DNA of 64,000 nt, taken from positions 30,873,648-30,937,647 of the forward strand of contig NC_092673.1 in assembly GCF_964355755.1 (NCBI RefSeq), read 5' to 3'. The notes below the pieces were generated by a model. It saw nothing but the letters and a program-made list of their open reading frames with translations, was not told the DNA's origin and did no database searches. The DNA is from Antedon mediterranea. Its lineage: Eukaryota; Animalia; Echinodermata. Both the position numbers and the translations under genes were made by a program. Positions within the stretch are counted from its first letter, which is position 1, and every line of letters starts with the position of its first letter. This document shows positions 49,101 through 62,900 of the stretch, one piece after another.

Positions 49101-52100
49101 GAAGGTGACTTTTTAAAAAGTTCCAAAAAACTTGTGGAACAAAATGGAAAAACATATTTGTTCTCTTGAGAAAAGGTGATTCGTTTAGTGTATTTACATT
49201 TTATTTATATATATGTTTTTAATTTAACACATTACATCATACAATATTATTCAGAAAATAAGATTTTAAATGATTTACAATATGGTCCACTCTATAACGT
49301 ACGGTAGTATAACAAAGAAAGACAAATAAGTTCAAAGTTTAAGTATAAGTTTAATATCAAAATGGTTAATGTAAATTAGAAATATGTTTGTATAATGAAA
49401 CTTTATAACTATGAATAGAAGGATTGGTGGCAATCATTAATTACTCATGAGAATGCAGTTGTGTGTTTGAGGAATAACGTTGAGATCTTTGAAACATACT
49501 TCTCGTTCATCATTGAATACTCATTTAAGTGATTGCCCAATTGTAGATATACCGGTAATAAATAAAGATGTATTTAAATACTTTTAGGTCTTCGAGACAA
49601 ATGTGAAGAATTGAAATCAACTGGCTGGGGGATTGGTATCACAACAAATCGACAAAAGCGTGATGCTCATCTTTATTTCCAGCTTAAGACTGACCGGTCC
49701 AAAACAGACAGCTTCGCATCGGCTCCCTTTCGTTACGACGTTCACCGATGGTACCACATCGCCGCTACCTACAATGAATCAACTATACAACTGTACATTA
49801 ATGGTGCTATGGTGTCTGCAAAGAATGAACAACGAGGCCCACTCTTCAGCGAATTTAAACGGCAGTGTAAAGAGCTTGAATTTGGAGGTTCATTCGAATT
49901 TGGTGTCCAGTTCAGAGGTGCTGTAGATGACATGCGTATGTGGTCTAAAGTGTTATCGCATCGACAGGTTGCCCAGTTGTATAACAACCAATCACATTTG
50001 TTTCAAGATAATAACGTCACTGACAAACTAGTTTTCTGGGATCCGTTTGATAATTTCACAAGTTGGACAAATATAGATGATGAGTTTCCAGATCTTATTC
50101 CATCAGATCTCTCCAGCAAGAAGCATGACTTAAGTTTAAAAACTCCGAAATGTGGTATAACTGTATGTGATAATCCAATTGTAATGAGGTCGTATATAGA
50201 CAGAAGTTCTCTGCGTCGTCCAAAACTAGTACGCTACCGATTGATCAACATAGCAAACGACGACGGTTCAAACCCAATGTTGTCGCAGGAACAAATTGAG
50301 AGGCAGCATAACGAACTTAATAAAGCATTTAATAGATATAACATTACTTTTCTGAGACACGATCATTTAATAAGAAACAGTACTTTGCGGAGAACAAGAA
50401 TCATTCCCGTTTGTGAATCTGAAGATGTTGGAAATGGCAGGTGTGATCCGCTGTGTAGTCCACGGTATACTGGCAACGACGGGGGTGATTGTGATGTCTT
50501 TGATGCAAGATGTCCGCTATCTCGGATTGGTAATGGAAGGTGTGATTCGAACTGTAACAAGGCGTATTATGATTGGGATGAAGGAGATTGCTGTGACCCT
50601 GACGTCACCGACACTTTTGAAACGTGTATTGATCCATCTTCACAATACTGGTAAGTATAATATCACAATATTATTATCATAATATTATTATCAAATTTTA
50701 CAGATTTTCCAATTTTCACGATAAAGTTTACAGGTAAATTTGCGGTAGTCCTATGCTGTTTTCAACGACTATCTTTAGCTACAACCATCCGATGTACCAC
50801 CTTCATCATCATAACTTCCAATTCATTTGAATTATTTAATAAAGAGTGCTTATATACCAATAGCACATATTGTATGTAAATAAGTAAGTAATTAGCATAA
50901 TAAAACAAGGAATGTTGGCAACAACCAATCATATGGCAAGTATGACGCCCAAGGCTTCTCACATTTTTCAACATCTGCAGGATTCAGAACGGTGTAAGGC
51001 CCTCGCTAATGCGGGTTGCTTCACCGTTCTGGATTCTGCAGATTCCGCTTCAAAGAAGCCCTCCACATCTCGTTGAGTAAACCTTCCTTGAACAAACAAA
51101 TCTATACTTAGGCGTCACACTTGCCATATGATAGGTTGTTGCCTACATTCCTTGTTTTATTATGCTAATTACTTACTTATTTACATACAATATGCAACCA
51201 ATATGAGAATAGTTTCTCGAAACATGTCACATTTACATTTTAAGGCAATTTGCCTTTTTATTAAATGCCTTGTTATAGTCATCCTAACTCATTTGAATTA
51301 CTTATCAAGTTATGTTGCTTTTCAGTATGTTCATGGGAGAAAGAGAATTCAAGACAGCAATTGGATTGGAATCGGTTGAATACTTAAACATCTACATTGC
51401 TGAATACATTGACGAAGCATTGTTGGGGGCAGCGACCATGCCGTGGGATTTTGGTGTTTATAGTGCTCGTGGTAAGTCCATCTCCTAAAGCATTGCTTTC
51501 TTAAATCCTTTGTGTTTATTTAATTTAAAAAGAAAGGTTCAACAAAATAAATTTTTGGAAAGAAATAAAATTAGAGAAAAACCTCTCCTTCTATTAATTT
51601 CATATTACTATTTTCTAGAATCATGCAATTTAAATTTAGGCCTAAAATGTTGTTTATTAAAAGTGTATTGGTTCATCCGTAGGTGGTATTATCATGCATG
51701 CTAACGCATATGGTGCACCAGACGTTATGAACTCTGTTATCCACGAGGTTGGTCACAGCCTTGGCTTATGGCATGTCTTCCATGGCGTCACAGAGATACC
51801 TTGCAGTGAGGAGTGTTTTGAGACTGAGCCTAGCTTAGAACTTGGCGATATGATAGCCGATACCAATCCAACACCTCAGAATGAATATTGTCGGGATCCG
51901 TTACCCGCTGAGACTGGTGGGCGTTGCGGTTTGACCGACTTCTACAACACGCCATTCACAAATTACATGAGCTATGCAAGTAAGTAAAGACATTGTTTAT
52001 CTAACCAAAACGTTTTTGTCTGCTAACTACTAAACGTCAATGGGAAAACTAATTGAAAAAACCTCAATCAACAAGATTCACTAACAATATTTAATGTACC

Positions 52101-55100
52101 ATCGGAAGTATTTGTGAGGCGTTTGTAAACCTTGTTGCTTTGTGTGTTTAAAAAACAGTTATAAATTCGTTTCGTCCGATAGAAAAAAATGTATTGCTGG
52201 GTTACTGTAGAACGGCAATTACTGTATCACTAACTTAATTGTTTTTTTTTTCTTTTTGTAGATGATTCTTGTACGAGTTCATTTACTCCTCAGCAGACGG
52301 CTCGCATGCATTGTTATCTTGATCTCTTCTATCAGTCATGGCAACAAGACAGAGAACCTTCAGTGATGCCTTTACCGCCAAATGTGATCTCCAAATTAGA
52401 CGATTCGGTTACCTTGACATGGCAGCCTCCTCTTAGCGGACACAACGTCGCATTGAACTCAGAACTATGCCATGATTGCGTGACGGGAGATGTTCTCGTA
52501 CAGTATGGCGACTCAGCTTTCTCGCCGCATTCTAAAAAACGTTACGGTGATTATTCACCACAGCAAGCAACAGGTTAGTGTTTACCGGTATTAAGCTCCG
52601 TCTACACTAGTTTGACAGCAAAAGTGGGATGTGCTCAAATGGTACTAATATGACATAATCGTGTCCATATATGGGCACATCACAATTTGTTGTCATATAA
52701 AACTTTACAGGTAGCGTGACGCCGTATCCACATATATTCAACTGTGTTTACATGCATTAGAGCTAATTTTATACAAATCATTCAAAATAATATGTTTATG
52801 TGCATTATAGGCCCTCCAAACGCTGCGAAATGTTCCATTAACCACCGTGCCTGGTGGATTGATCGAACCAAGTGCAAGTACTGCAAACTAAAGGTAAATT
52901 TCAAGTACCCAGTGGTTCCTTCAAGACTAACCCTGTGGGTAACAAAAGTAGGCACTAGAGACACGGCAATCTATGACATCGAATTAGTGACTGTCAACAG
53001 AACTCGCATCAGCTTAGGCGCCGCCGACGTTTATTGTGATATTCCGTACAGTACAAAAATCAACAACGTAAATGAAGAAGTTAAATCTGTCATAATCTAC
53101 ACAAATGGTCTGTATGTTGGAATTGATGCCGTCCAGTTGATTTCAAGACCTGGGCACAGCGGTTGTAAGTTTTGTAAACCAGTTAATTATCTCCTGACAA
53201 GAAGTCCTCAATTTGACGACGGAGAAGAAAAACTAGTGGATTCTACAACATTTGTGGACAAGTAAGTTTCTATGAATAATTTTTTTGAAATTTCTTCAAT
53301 ACAATACATTCTATGCGTTTCTTACCTTAACTGTATACCGTAATCGTAAAATATTTAGTTTTATTGTATTTCTAGCTCCGTCAACGAATTAACAGAATAT
53401 ACGTATCGTGTTAGTGTCAGCTCAGAAAATATAATAACTGATTTATCTCCACCACTTGTAATCGGAACTGGATTTCGTTTTTGCGGAAATGGTATACGTG
53501 AGAGGTAAGCGTATATTCGATTAATTTACATTTTTTCTACTGAAACACTTTTGGAAAATTCCCGTCAAATAATATTTATAGTAGGGAGTTGTGACAGTCG
53601 ACTGGTTAGGACACTTGGCTATCATACAATCCACCCATTCCCGGTACGATCTCGCCTGTACATGAATCTTGAAAAATAGGCATCTGTGGAGGAAATTGCG
53701 AGACTTCATACAATTGAGATTCTGATAACTCATACTCCACGCACCTTTTTGTTCTTTTAAAGTTTGTGCACAGAATAATGTAGACCTATAATTCTACTTT
53801 CAGATAAAAAACAGTCTAATAAATAACAGTTTTGTTCTTAATTCCTGTTTAGTGACGAGTCGTGTGATGATGGTAACGTGTTCAACAATGATGGATGTAA
53901 TGTCAACTGCAAAGAAGAAACGGGTTTTAAATGTACTGGTAAGTTCTTGTTTAGGGTGGTGGCAAGGAGGAACCGTGTGGCTCTCTACCGTTACAAGTTA
54001 TTATGTGTTCCTTTGAATTTGATGCATAATTCTCATTCAACAATTTTTTTAGGTGAGCCTAGCCTCTGTTATCGTTATGATGGTGACGGTCACTGCGAGG
54101 ATTTTGAGAAGGAGACTAACGTTGCAGATTGTGGTTTTTATACTCCACCTAGATTCTATGATCAGTGGGCTTCGTACGCCCGAGGCAACCCACAGTATCA
54201 AGGCCCAGAATGCCCAGAGAGTGCTATCTATGGGGAACCATCGAGAAACCAGGTAAATATATAATTTAAAATAAACAGAACATGTAATTTTTGCTCAGCT
54301 TTTCCTGAATAATCTTTCTGAATATCTCCTGTAAATATTAAGGGGTAAATACGGTACCTTATTAAAATGATAGAAGGACTACGCTAATGATTCTTTTAAC
54401 TTTTATGTTTTACTCAGGTTTGTACCTACGAATTAAAGGAAGATTTTGTGTGGTATCCCTGCAGAGCTGGTTTCCTCGACCATAATCTTTGGTTGAAGGT
54501 AAGTTAACAAACACAACATTTATTTTTTGGCTGGAACAATTTGTTGTTTTTGCTAAGATTAATTGGAAATATACCTGGCCGAGTAATACTAGTATGTTTA
54601 TTGATGAAATTGAAAATGTTGTTTTTCTCCCCTCCATTTTAGGTTGGATTTCCAAAGGCAGTAGTTGTAACTAGTGTTCTACTCTATATCACTGGTGACG
54701 GTGTCGCGCCGCTGACACCAACTCCTACACGGGCATCGGTTACGTTAGTTGACACCAGAGGTAGGCTAAAACATTTTACAAATTTGTGTAAAGTAAACTA
54801 AACTACTATTTTCTCAAAGAAAAGTTTGATTTTTCAATTCTGTAGACTGTTTTGTTTAATTTTACAAAATGTTCTACTCTTTACACTATTTTCATTGTAT
54901 TATTTCTCTGTGTTTTTATATAGGAATTATACATTTATTGGACAGAAATGTACCACTTCGGTGTACCTCAAATCCAGCCACTTTTAATGTAAAACACGAC
55001 CTCAACGATCCGTTTTACTACTCACGAGAAGTATTTATCGAGTTGGACTACAAAGATGTTAGAATTTCAGGTGTTCGTCTGAGATCTTTGAAGGCGTTTG

Positions 55101-58100
55101 ACCCGCTTGTTCTACAGTCGTGTGGTGACGATTACTTGTACAGTCCAGCTACAAGACAGTGTAACCGCTATTCGTGCGAATTGCCAACATGTGTCGTCCC
55201 GGAGGCAAGACACGCAACACTCAACCGACAAGTGGGTGATGTTGTAAACGAAGGAGAAACCTACACTGTAAAATGCGACAAAGGTTACAGACCAGTTGAA
55301 AAATATGAGGTAAGTTTGACCAAACTCTCTGCAAAATTACAATTTTGGAAACAATTGACATGTTCTGTCACGTAACTGAAACATTCTAACGTTTTGTGAG
55401 AAATGGCCGATAATCTATAAGTTATTTTAACATTTATATTTTGGTTTATTTTAGATAATGTGTGTTAACGGGCAGTGGGAAGAACATCACGCAATGTGTA
55501 AGCCTGTTGACTGTGGTTTTCCTAGAATAACGTACGCAATCACGTCATGTCCAGAAGGAACACTCTATAATCGTACCTGCAATTTCAAGTGCACACCACC
55601 AGCAAAAATGCAAGGTACTCTTCATATACATATTTTGAGCATAATCTTTCTCATTTAATTTTGTCTTTTATGTCTTTGTTTTAGTTTAGACACTAAAGCC
55701 ATGTTTGAATTCCTTTACATAATCCTATATTTTCTATAATCTACATTAACTATCATGAAATCTTGTCTCTTTTGCCCTTTAGGATCCGACAAGAGTATAA
55801 CTTGTTTAGAAGATGGTGGATATTCTTTACCTAACTCATTCTGTCAACAGCAATGCGAACCACCTCAAGTACCAGACAACTCGTTCCAAATACCAAATCA
55901 GCCGCTCTCTTATAACATCGGTAGCTACGTTATTTTTAGATGCAAAGCTGGATACCAAATAAAAGATAATCCAAAAGGGTAAGGATGCTTAATATTAATT
56001 TGTATACTTTTTGATATATTTTCTTAGGGCTGAATAAATAAACTTAATAGTAACTTTGACAAATAATGTCAATGACGTCATATTACCCACAACTCATGAT
56101 GTGTAATCCTTAAACGGCATGTATTGTCTCCGTCCGTCTTGTATGCAAATATTTTCTTCTTATTTGTTAGAACTCCAATATTGTGTTTAATATTATATAC
56201 AAGGACACATGTAAAACAATTTAGGCTAACTTTTCTGAATTATGTTCCTTTTATTAGCCGAAGAATTCGACTGAAATGCGGAGACGATCTTGAATGGTCC
56301 GGTTCATCATGTGTTCGTATAGAGTGCAGTCCACCTCCTGCCATATACCGAGGATTGTACAATTGCAGTAATGGACGATACTTCCATAGCGAATGTAGAA
56401 TTAATTGTCCAGATACGATCGATAGGGTTGTGAGTATTCTCAAATATTTTTGTAAAGCTACGTTCTCACGGAGTCAAGATTCGGTTCGGTGGCCGTAGAA
56501 ACTCCCAAGCACACTAGAAAGCGGAAGAACGTATTACGCGTAATTTAAACAATCTAGGGATATTAATTCAATTGCTTGTATGTTGCGTCCAATATATGTG
56601 CTTCATTATGTGAAAATCAAATAGCCAAACTTTAAAACTTAACTGACCTGATAATTAACAATTGCTCTTTTGGTTTTTAGGCCACTGTGACGTGTTTGAA
56701 GAAAGGATGGGACCAGACTTGGGATGAGGCCTTTGCAGTTTGTCATCAACATATGGAATCGCACCATTGTTCAGAACCTCAAAGCAGCAACGAAGTGGAA
56801 TTCACATGCGATAGAAACCCATACGCCATCGGTAAGTTTGTCTTTTTTGTAGGGCCTAACTTACTTTGCCGCATAATGAATAAATATTATTGATAGCCCT
56901 TGTTTATATCCTTTTGAGAACTTTGGCGGAGAAACGATATTTATGACTATTATAACTAAGCTTTTAGTCGGTCAATATACACTTATATAATGTAAAGGAT
57001 GTGCTTATAGATGACACATTCTGCGATTAAATTAAAATAACTCAGGCCTATATCATATTAAATTATTTAATTTGTTACAGGTACACATTGCGCAGCAGCC
57101 TGTAATGCATACGGTCATGAAGCGGTTGTAACTGATAATGGTGTGCCTACAAACATGTGGAAATCGCAACCGAAATACATCGCCTGCACAGCTCAACGAC
57201 AATGGTACCCAGACCCGTCAGTTGTCTCTTGTGTGAAAGGATGTCAAGAGGTAGGCTGCACTGAAGATAGTGTTCCAAACGGCACCAAACAGTTGAAACT
57301 TCTCCGTGAAAAGAAGTATAAACTTCATTATATGAAGTCTATTCGGAAAGCACATATGGACAAATTTCGACAATAATTGATGCTGATTCACTTTGCACCA
57401 TTCTTAAATGTTTTATAATATTGCACACTTTCTTACTTTACTTAGTCTTTCTTCTGTAATGTTTACCTCAACTCTCCTGCACTTAACCAGTTTTAAAATA
57501 TGAGATACCAACTTACAATATGTTCATTAATTTACCTTGTTTTACACTGATCAGAGAATTACTACGTTAGTTACTGTAACCGCACATGTATTTTATAAGC
57601 GGTTCGACTATGTTAGACCTCCTAAATGTCTACACTAAGTTTAACCATCCGTATCAAACAAGGCCTAGTAAAAGTAGTTTATATGGATTTGAAAATTACC
57701 AATGTTGCACCCTATCTTGATGTTCTAACTGTAACGTACTTTTTGTTTATGATGTGTATGACTAACAATGATAATTAGGTTAACTACTTTAGTGACGAGT
57801 TTAAGTATATAAACAAAATTGTAGAAAGCAATACATGTTTCGTTAAATCCTTATCCAGAATTAACCTAATATTTGTAGACCTATTTGACATGATTTTAAC
57901 GTGGTTTTACTCAATGAGTAATTAAACCTAATTATATGTTGATATTACATTTTATTGTTGTTATACCTTATCTTATAGCGCACATTTCAATGTCAAAGGT
58001 TAAATATACAAACAAACAAATGGCACGTGATTATAAGTTATTCGTTTGTTTGTTTGTGTATAACCTAATTTATACTATAATATTACTTTTTCTAAGCGAA

Positions 58101-58497
58101 GTGTTCATACTTATTAAAAATAGTTTTGATGATTTTAACATTTTATCTTTGTATTTGTTTCACTGTTTTGTTAATATTGCACCATGGTTACATAATATAT
58201 GTTTATATAAACACTTTCAAGTAAATTCTGTGTAACTTTTGTTATTGTGTTTAGTGAAACATCTTCTATAAGTTTATAACTATTTTTCCTTTTAATTTTG
58301 TCTTGCAGGATTTTGTCCGAGACGGTTTTTGCGACGGAGTCAACAACAGAGCCTATTGTAACTGGGACGGTGGAGATTGTTGTGAGTCGACTGCAATTGA
58401 TAATAAAGTCACGACTTTCCTACCGAATTGTAAAGCTGAATGCAAGTGCCTCGACCCTAACGCTGACGAGAACATACAAAAACCAGAGAATGTTTAG
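43196..58497 (+). CDS. PAPPA: Pappalysin (PAPP-A/PAPP-A2 family metzincin, peptidase M43), 1546 aa
   Basis: 18 exons join in frame (4641 nt): 43196-43529, 49588-50650, 51326-51471, 51683-51979, 52262-52573, 52811-53261, 53376-53504, 53853-53938, 54053-54252, 54418-54498, 54643-54760, 54924-55309, 55455-55614, 55783-55978, 56258-56429, 56681-56831, 57081-57250, 58309-58497. Signal peptide, furin site RTKR, LamG domain, LNR1/2, zinc motif HEVGHSLGLWH, Met-turn NYMSY, RMHCYLDL, five CCP/sushi modules and C-terminal LNR3 (DGFCDGVNNRAYCNWDGGDCC). Probably co-orthologous to vertebrate PAPPA and PAPPA2. Confidence 0.95.
44107..44684. mobile_element. Three abutting Harbinger-like MITEs in A-B-A(inverted) arrangement
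   Basis: A 44107-44285, TAA, B 44289-44500, TAA, A' 44504-44684. A' is a near-exact reverse complement of A. Confidence 0.85.
44700..45225. repeat. Degenerate tandem repeat (about 110-160 bp units)
   Basis: Recurrent GCAAT..TGTAGAC...CATGTGTTATAGTCTG...GTGATGTCAT blocks at about 44700, 44863, 44975, 45069 and 45188. Confidence 0.6.
50868..51193. mobile_element. Fold-back element (about 326 bp) in pappalysin intron 2
   Basis: About 82-bp near-perfect inverted repeats (50868-50949 and 51111-51193) around an internal hairpin GCAGGATTCAGAACGGTG...CACCGTTCTGGATTCTGC. Confidence 0.75.
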
Positions 58498-59930
58498 ATT
58501 ATTTATATTTTATTACTCTAATATTGTTTTTTTTTTTAATTTATCAATCAATTGAAATCATATTAAAACATTTTAGAAGGTGTATACGCTGTGATAATTA
58601 TTAACTATTTATAAAGCAAACATTTTTATTTTGTGTATAGATCATTATGCTATAAAGTATCTTATCATTTAATTTATTTTGGGCCTACACGACAATATAC
58701 ACCATTATTTTTAAACGTAATATTGTATAGTCAAATCAAGGAGGAGTGAAATTCCATTCCATTTTAAGATGTTTTTAAACTGTAATTTCACTATTCCCTG
58801 GTAAAATGTATCATAAGTGCAATGAGTCATATTTTTGTATTTCAGATTTCTAATTCGACTCATTACTTTTTTTATAAAGGAAATGTAACATTTTCATTGA
58901 CGCGTGCCCAACAAATGGGTGTAAAGTAATATATAGTTTCTAATTATCATTTTTATGAATTTTAAGTGGATGAATAAATAAGTTCTTGTTATTTACACTT
59001 GGCTGATTAATTTAGGGCGAATCTCTATTTCATAAATCAACCCAGTGTAAAGATGTATAGGCTGCACAAGGTGATGACCAATATGACTTTATGTTAAGTT
59101 TGTCTAGAGTTGATTATATCAATGAAAACAAATTTTGTATATAATTTATGTAAAGTTGATTGTAAATGAATTTCTATATGTGATGTCGTTTTTAAAACAA
59201 CACAAATAAAACTATTTTAACGAGTAAATGAATGTTATTGCTGCTTTTGTCTGAGAATGAAATAATTATAATGAAATTTATAGCTTAAGGCTCTGTTCAC
59301 ACTATCACACTAGTTTGACAAAAAAGGTGTGTGGTGTGCCCAACTATAATAGTTTTATGACGTCATCGTGTTCATATATGGGCACATTACATTTCGTTAT
59401 CACATAAACTTTTATAGTGTAGACAGAGCTTTAGGTTTAACCAAAATGAGATTGATATTGAAAAATTAAAACAGATTGGTTTTGGTTTGATTAGACTTCT
59501 TCTCATCATTCTGGTTTTGTACATGTATTGTTATAATCAAAAGAAGTTTAGCACCAGTGGACAAAAGACGTTTTGACACATTAGGTATGTGGGTGTTAAA
59601 TGGTTTCTGTAAAGATAATATAGAAAGTAAACAAAGAAACTCATTATCACCTACATAACACTAAATGGTATTGTTGCGTATTTGGCATTCCTTGCTTTTT
59701 CTTTTCACCGCCCAATCCTCATCACCTTTGCATGGTGGATTGATGAAGGAAAGAATGTTGCACAATTAAGAGTTATTTTTTATTATTTTATCTGTTTGGT
59801 TTGACTTTAATAAACTTAATGTGCACTACAACTTTATAATCCTCTCTTTTAAAAACATACCACAGAATAATTGAGTTCACACGCGAGTATCCCGCGTGTA
59901 TAGTTAAGTATTGTACACTAATACTGGAGT

Positions 59931-62900
59931 TTACATCCAAGCATGTTTAAGTTTGTTGGATATTTTGCGTGACTTTGGTGGAACATGCCCTCTTTGGGAT
60001 GACAAACATTTACAATAGTACGTCACTGCGCATGTGCAAATCACAATCACTGCGATTGCAAGTGTAATGGCCATGCTGTACACGAATAAACATGGTAGGG
60101 AAAATAGTTCTTTTTTACATAATTTATTAAGTTTGTCCTTATTTGCTGGGACAGTATCATTGTATAGTTGTTGCTGTATCGTAGGGTTAGGTGTGTTAAA
60201 TGTTACAGTTGGATTTACAGTACGTTTTTTAGTAGATACTCTTGATATAAATCTTGTAAACGAATTAGATGTTGTTGATGATAGCGCCGCTAACGTCGAT
60301 TGTAGATTGGGTGATACCGTATGGGGCGCTCTTGTAATATATGTTGATGGTACTAAAAAATTAGACAATGCAGTCATTGTTTGTGCTTTTATCGTCGTAG
60401 ACTCCCTACTCTCCAAATCAATAAATTTTCCAAGATATGAAAAAGATATTACATCACTATATCCATATATAATTACACTAAACTGCGCACGCGTACCAAT
60501 ACGTGTAGTAATATGTACGGTGGACCATGTTGACGGAACAAACAATTTGCAGTAATTTTCAAAAAGATAAGGTTTTTCAATAAATTGAATATCAAGATCT
60601 CTATAGAATAGGAGAACGTTTCCATTTAATAATATATGTTGTATATTGTTGCACGGAGATACGATTTCTATAAATCGATTTGTGTCGTGGACTGTTGAAG
60701 AATAAAACATTGGAACTGTAACGGGTCTACTGTCAAACGACGCCAGTGATGGTCGCACACACATCGCAGGTCCACCTAATATATTTTCTGAGATATATTT
60801 CGCCCTGTATTGCACGGTCATAATCGTGTTAGATGATTCTATCCATGCATATTCTCTATTAGTCAAGACTATCTCGTGAAATTCGCCTTCGTCAATAGTA
60901 ACAGTTGTTTTGCTGACCGACGTTGTTATTGTTACCGTTGTATTATTCTCCTTTGAGAATATTCGAAACAAGTCGCTAGTTTTATACGACGACGAAAGGA
61001 AAAAGCTCGAACCCCAAAGTTCAGTTGGCGGCAGTTGTTCTACTAGATGGTTGCAATAAGTTCCGTTGGCTGATACGGTGACGCACTTACTTCCCGCCAT
61101 TACGGCGATTGGTTTTGAAGATGTTATTATGCTTCCCGACAAATCCAACTCACTCTGAAATTGGGCTGCCTGAAACCTCCCAATAGTGATGTTTAAATAA
61201 TCATCAGCGTTTATATATTTGTTCTCGAACGATATTCCGACTTTGGCACGAATGCTTACCGTCGTATCATCTGTGGAAGCCATTATCAATACCTCTGATT
61301 CCGTGTACGAAGCCACATAATATCTACATCCCAGAGTCTCGATTGGTAAACCAAGAAACCCGTCTAAATATTGGGAATTATAGCTGCTTATGCCAAACAC
61401 ACGAATTTCGGCAACAGAACGTATTTCAATTCCTGTGAAACCCAAGCGAGAGCCGGAAATTACAAGACTGCTGGGAAGGTAAACTGTCTCTGTTACGTCA
61501 TTTTGGATGACAGATATTTCGAATAATGAAGACGTAACGTTGATAATATTTGGTAATACATTTTGTCTGCTCTCCGTGTTTTCTATAACGAATGTCAAAG
61601 CCAGTGGCACATAATTCAGTCCATTATCCATGAAACCGATAATAAATTTTCTGTTCACTGCTGAAACTTCCCTGGAATCTGAATAAAGAAAGATGGTAGT
61701 TTATTATAAATACAACACCATAGAACCCGACAATTAATATGGGTAATTAATATGGCAAATCCTGATGGATTTTCCGGCCATAGTTGTGAAAATGTCCCCT
61801 TAAAGGCTCTTTCACACCTGTTCCGGCACGGTTCCAGTCCGGCGAATTGAACATCAATGTTTTGTTTTTGCGATGCTCCAGGCGGCTGCGCCAATTGATA
61901 TGCGCGTAGCCGCGTGAAAACAAAACATAGGTGTCTCCTAAACAGGAGTGTCCATTGAATAGGATTGTTAAATTGAATAGGAGTGTCCCCTAAATAAAAG
62001 TGTCTCAAAAGAGTTTTACTGCACAGAATTGCACAATATCGGTAGGCCTAGGTCGACTATAAGATACCGTAAAATAATAAACTCAAATGACGCGCCAATT
62101 AAACTCGCAATAATAATTTTAATTAATCTCTCTAGATGACGTCATGTTCTTTCCAATGACGATGAATACAGTTAATCTAATTGGTACCAGTTCTACGATT
62201 ACTCTAATTAATACAATTTAATCGTTTCCAGAAAAAATATTTAATGAAATAATTAAAACTAAATAAGAAATTGTAACCGTATAAGCATTATTTCTGTATT
62301 TCGGTTAAGTACCGTACATCCTGTCCAAATTCTAGTTTGACGACCAATACAGATTATCCTATCAAATTTAATTTTATCAGAAGGACAATCGTATAAAATC
62401 ACTGGAACTGCAAGTAGTGTATCTGCTTAATTATACTGTAAAAATAGTGTTTAGATCTTAAACATCTATTTTGTACCCACCTTTTCCACACATTTAGCTT
62501 TTAAACATGTTTAGCGTGTTTAAAACCTAAACGTGTTTATAACTACATGTTGTTTGCTCGTTTAGCATTCAAGATTATGTTCAGTCAACATGTTTAGCTA
62601 CGTGTTTAGCATTGCATGCATATGATTATACTGTTGCAGACGAAAGCTCCACACACACCATGTCAAATTAAACAGGTTAAAAACCTAAACGTGTCTTTAT
62701 ATTGCTCCACATGTTTATCAATCAATCAATGTGTTGAGTTGGATACATACTACATGTTTAGAATGTATTTAGAACCTAAACATGTTCATATCTAAAAAGT
62801 GGGTACAAAATGAAGGTTTAAGATCTAAACACTATTTTTACAGTGATATATTTTCCATTATCTAATCACATATATTATGATGATGACATTTAAAGTGAAT

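Noticed and set aside
60034-60555. 173-aa plus-strand ORF (also 29115-29495 and similar antisense ORFs)
   Set aside because: These are antisense shadows of real coding exons with no independent motifs.
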